The translations under genes were made by a program, and so were the position numbers. The notes beneath the pieces were generated by a model. That model was not told the origin of the DNA. It did not search any database and saw only the letters and a list, made by a program, of their open reading frames with translations. A stretch of 25,591 nucleotides of DNA from Planctomycetota bacterium. Its GTDB lineage: Bacteria > Planctomycetota > UBA1135 > GCA-002686595. Numbering within the stretch: the stretch's first letter is position 1; each line of letters starts with the position of its first letter. The stretch covers positions 1-25,591 of the forward strand of contig VGZE01000038.1 of NCBI GenBank assembly GCA_016872755.1, given 5' to 3'. This document shows, in pieces, positions 22,649 to 25,591 of this stretch.

Positions 22649-24968
22649 ATTCGAGAGCCGGGAGCCGACCGGCGGAGCCGCCGCAGCCAGGCTCGATGAG
22701 TTGTGGGAGGAGTTCCTTGTCGCACGCTCCGCCGACCCGGAGCTGACTCCGAGCGCCTTCGCGGCGCGCCACGGCGAGCGCTCGACGGAAATCGAACGCG
22801 CGCTGGTGCTGATGCTCGACGTCGAGCAACACGCTCAACCGGGCTCGTTCGTCGAGATCGCGATCGGCGCTCGCGAATCAACGGTCTTTGCCGGTCGGCG
22901 GCTCGTGCGCGAGATCGGACGCGGAGGCTTCGGCGTCGTGTTCGAGGCGCGGCCGCTCGACGCCGACGAGCCGCGGACCGCGCTGAAGGTGCTCAATCCG
23001 CTCGTGACGGCGACACCGCGCGCCGTGGCCTCGCTGCTGCGCGAAGCCGAGATAGCGCGCGCATTGTCGCATCCGGCGATCGCGACCGTGCGCGCGGCTG
23101 GCGTCGAACGGGGCCATGCCTGGACCGAGTCCGAATTGGTCCATGGCGAGTCTCTCGAGACCATGCTCGCGCGCGATCCGGCGGCCTTGCGCGAGCGCGG
23201 GGTCGCTCTGTGCGCGCAGGTGGCCAGGGCCCTGGCGCACGCGCACTCGCTCGGAGTCGTGCACCGCGACCTGAAACCCTCGAACGTGCTCGTGACGCGC
23301 GAAGGTTCGGCGAAGCTGATCGACTTCGGACTGGCGCAGGCCGACGGCATCGCCCTCTCGATCAGCCGGACGGGTGATCTCGCCGGCACACCGGCCTACA
23401 TGGCCCCGGAGCAACTGGTTCCAGGCCGGAGCGTCGGTTTCGCCGTGGACGTGCACGCGCTCGGGCTCTTGCTGCTCGAGCTGCACTCGGAGGTCGGCCG
23501 GAGCTGGATCCGGGATCCCGCGCGCGTGCTGCGCCGGATGTTCGGCGGCGGCACCGCGGTGCCCGCGCGCGTGCTGCGCACGGCGCCGCTTCCGTTGCGC
23601 ACGATCATCGCGCGTTGCATCGAACGCCTGCCTCAGGATCGCTACGCGAGCGCCGGGGATCTGGCCGAGGATCTGGAGTGCCTGCTGCGCGGGCATCCGC
23701 TCCGGCATGGGAGGGCGGGGCTGCCCGCGCGAGCATGGCGCTTCGTCCGACGCGAGCCGCTGCCCGTGTTCCTCGCGCTCGCCCTCGTCGCCGTGCTGGC
23801 CGGCTGGGCCTGGTTCGGGTGGTGGTACGCCCCCGTGGCGGTACGAGTGGACACCCTCCCGTCCGGTCGCACGGTGACGATCGACGAGGCGATCGAGATC
23901 GTCGCTCCGAAGACGATCATGCTGCGTCCCGGGCGGCACAGCTACAGCGTGAGCTGGCGGAATCTCGCCCGCCGGCACCAGGGCTCGTTCGATGTCGCGC
24001 GCGGCCGAGAGGGCTTCGTCACGCTGCCGCTGAGCTGGCGCGAGTGGATTCCGAGCTGGGACGCGGCGCAGACGGCGGACGCCGGAGGCGAAGTGACGAA
24101 CGTCCTGATCGCGACGAACCTCGAACGCTTTCAACTGTCCGTCGACGACGAGCGCATCCATCTGGATCCGCGGAGGCAGCACCTCCCGGTCGACGCCGAG
24201 CCGACGGACTGGCCTGGAATCGCGTACCTGACCCTGCCCAGGGGCTCGCACCGCTTCGAACTGCAACAACCCGGCTTCGTGGGCTCGGCATGGACCACGA
24301 ACATCGACAGCTGCGAATTGCGCTTCTTCGCACTGCACTTGCCGCGGCAGGACGACCCGCATCGCTATCGCGTCTTGTATGGGCCGTTCGACGACGCCGT
24401 TCGCGCGGCGACCGTCGAACGCAAGAACCTGCGCGTGATCACCGAAGAGGGCAACGACGGCAATGGGAACGCGGTGACCCTCGCGTATCTGGCCCCGGAG
24501 CGCGCCTTCGAGATCGGGGCCCTGACCCTGTGCGTCGATCTGGGAACTCCGGTCGAGGAAGTCGAGTTGAGATTCGCATCGCGTGACGCCTGTCCGAAGG
24601 GCACGGCCCAGTGGATCCGCGTGAGCGCCGGACCGGATCCCGCGCGGCTCGCGGACGTCGTCGCGCTCGAGGGCCTGCCCGGCGATCCGAGCCTGCTGGC
24701 AGCGCACGGCTCCAAGGCGATCCCCCACAAGGACGAGGACTGGATCCGCCTGCCCGACTCGCTCCGAGGCAGCACCAAGCTCTGGTTGCGATTCGATGCC
24801 TGGACTGCCGCGACGGGAGACAACAACTCCTACGCGTGCCTGCTTCGAACGAACGGACTGCCGACCTACGCCGAACCTGCGCCGACCCGGGTGCCGGCCC
24901 CGGCTGGGGAGATCCAAGCCGGCGCCGTGCGGGTCTATTTCCCTTCGACGGAACTGCGCATGCGCTAG
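22638..24968 (+). CDS. Transmembrane Ser/Thr protein kinase with a large extracytoplasmic C-terminal domain of unknown function, 776 aa
   Basis: ATG 22638 overlaps the sigma stop by 11 nt (ATGGGCGCTGA). Hanks kinase motifs: GRGGFGVVFEA (G-loop), ALKVL (VAIK Lys), HRDLKPSNVL (catalytic loop), DFG, GTPAYMAPE. A TM helix (PVFLALALVAVLAGWAWFGWWYAP) is followed by ~370 aa with no recognised motif. Confidence 0.85.
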   Translation: MGAEFESREPTGGAAAARLDELWEEFLVARSADPELTPSAFAARHGERSTEIERALVLMLDVEQHAQPGSFVEIAIGARESTVFAGRRLVREIGRGGFGVVFEARPLDADEPRTALKVLNPLVTATPRAVASLLREAEIARALSHPAIATVRAAGVERGHAWTESELVHGESLETMLARDPAALRERGVALCAQVARALAHAHSLGVVHRDLKPSNVLVTREGSAKLIDFGLAQADGIALSISRTGDLAGTPAYMAPEQLVPGRSVGFAVDVHALGLLLLELHSEVGRSWIRDPARVLRRMFGGGTAVPARVLRTAPLPLRTIIARCIERLPQDRYASAGDLAEDLECLLRGHPLRHGRAGLPARAWRFVRREPLPVFLALALVAVLAGWAWFGWWYAPVAVRVDTLPSGRTVTIDEAIEIVAPKTIMLRPGRHSYSVSWRNLARRHQGSFDVARGREGFVTLPLSWREWIPSWDAAQTADAGGEVTNVLIATNLERFQLSVDDERIHLDPRRQHLPVDAEPTDWPGIAYLTLPRGSHRFELQQPGFVGSAWTTNIDSCELRFFALHLPRQDDPHRYRVLYGPFDDAVRAATVERKNLRVITEEGNDGNGNAVTLAYLAPERAFEIGALTLCVDLGTPVEEVELRFASRDACPKGTAQWIRVSAGPDPARLADVVALEGLPGDPSLLAAHGSKAIPHKDEDWIRLPDSLRGSTKLWLRFDAWTAATGDNNSYACLLRTNGLPTYAEPAPTRVPAPAGEIQAGAVRVYFPSTELRMR

Positions 24969-24972
24969 CTGC

Positions 24973-25004
24973 GCGGGTCGAAGCTCGAAATCCGCTTGTT
25001 TTCC
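24973..25004 (+). terminator. Candidate intrinsic terminator after the kinase gene
   Basis: Stem GCGGGT/ATCCGC (one G-U pair) with an 11-nt loop, followed by TTGTTTTCC. Weak by E. coli standards, but it has the only U-rich tail in this region. Confidence 0.35.
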
Positions 25005-25088
25005 TCGCCCCGCTGTAACGATCGCCGGAACTTGCGCCCTCAGGGTGTCAGGCGCGCCCCGGCCTATTCCCGGGCGAGCCTCTCCACC

Positions 25089-25591
25089 ATGCCCAACGCC
25101 CTCCAATCGTGTCTTCTTCTCCTCCTGTTCGTGCCGAGCGCGATTTCCGCCTTGCCGATCCAGGCGCCGGCCTGCTCGAACCTCGATGCCCACGCGCCGC
25201 CAGCTTCCGGCTCGACGCACCTGATGAGCATCGACTCCGACGGGGCCTGGGTCCTGGCCGGTGATCGCGAGGCGGCCAGCGTCGGCCGCGTCGAGGTATT
25301 CCGCGTGCTCGGCGACGAGCTCGAGCATGCCCAGACCCTCACGGCTCCCAATCCGGCCGGTGGAGACCTCTTCGGCCACGCGGTGGCGGTGCACGGCAAT
25401 GTGCTCGCGGTGGGTCGTCCAACGCACAGCTCGGGCGACGGCAGCGGCGCGGTCCACATCTTCTCGCTGGACGCCGGTGTCTGGCAGCACGCGCTCGTGC
25501 TGACCAACCCGCAGCCCTCGGGCGTGTGCAAGTTCGGTGCGGTGGTCCAACTCAGTGCTACGCGGCTGGTCGTCGGTGTGCACTCCTGCTC
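25089..25591 (+). CDS. 5' part of a secreted FG-GAP / integrin-alpha-like repeat protein; runs off the window end
   Basis: ATG 25089 gives a signal-peptide-like MPNALQSCLLLLLFVPSAISALP. FG-GAP-like repeats FGHAVAVHGNVLAVGRP...DGSGAVHIF and FGAVVQLSATRLVVG. Open to the last base. Absent from the ORF track because no stop codon lies inside the window. Confidence 0.6.
   Translation, partial: MPNALQSCLLLLLFVPSAISALPIQAPACSNLDAHAPPASGSTHLMSIDSDGAWVLAGDREAASVGRVEVFRVLGDELEHAQTLTAPNPAGGDLFGHAVAVHGNVLAVGRPTHSSGDGSGAVHIFSLDAGVWQHALVLTNPQPSGVCKFGAVVQLSATRLVVGVHSC

Noticed and set aside
22878-25583. 901-aa - strand ORF
   Set aside because: Antisense to the Ser/Thr kinase and FG-GAP genes, both of which have unambiguous motifs on the + strand.
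1-25591. Mobile elements, CRISPR arrays, tRNA/rRNA genes, foreign-GC islands
   Set aside because: No transposase or integrase-like ORFs, no repeat-spacer arrays, no tRNA T-loop/acceptor patterns in the intergenic regions, and base composition is uniformly high-GC except for the short promoter island at 7790-7850.

Overview
This is a high-GC (about 70%) bacterial chromosomal segment. Its gene content (ECF sigma plus Ser/Thr kinase pair, FG-GAP protein, Lys/Ala-rich HU, very high GC3) resembles Myxococcota-type genomes, but that assignment is an inference. No rRNA, tRNA, CRISPR arrays or mobile elements were seen. The first ~5.6 kb carries housekeeping and membrane genes: a TPR-like 3' gene fragment, a secreted SGNH/GDSL hydrolase, a flotillin-NfeD operon, a DedA membrane protein and RsfS. 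From ~5.7 kb to ~22 kb lies what looks like an uncharacterised biosynthetic/tailoring gene cluster, with an HU gene and an aldo-keto reductase embedded in it. The cluster holds two paralogous B12-binding (class B) radical SAM enzymes and a fused MBOAT-SGNH O-acyltransferase. A translationally coupled operon (overlapping stop/start codons) encodes a SAM methyltransferase, APS kinase, a PEP-utilizing (PPDK/PEP-synthase-like) enzyme, a class I glutamine amidotransferase-like protein, a MobA-like nucleotidyltransferase and a PAPS-type sulfotransferase. A divergent acyl carrier protein plus fatty acyl-AMP ligase pair follows. The combination suggests synthesis of a sulfated, fatty-acyl-derived and possibly C-methylated/O-acylated metabolite (lipid or glycolipid). 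The exact product cannot be named from sequence. Downstream are an ECF sigma factor translationally overlapped with a transmembrane Ser/Thr kinase that has a large unknown extracytoplasmic domain, and the 5' part of a secreted FG-GAP repeat protein. Many long ORFs in the six-frame track are antisense shadow ORFs typical of high-GC DNA and were rejected.
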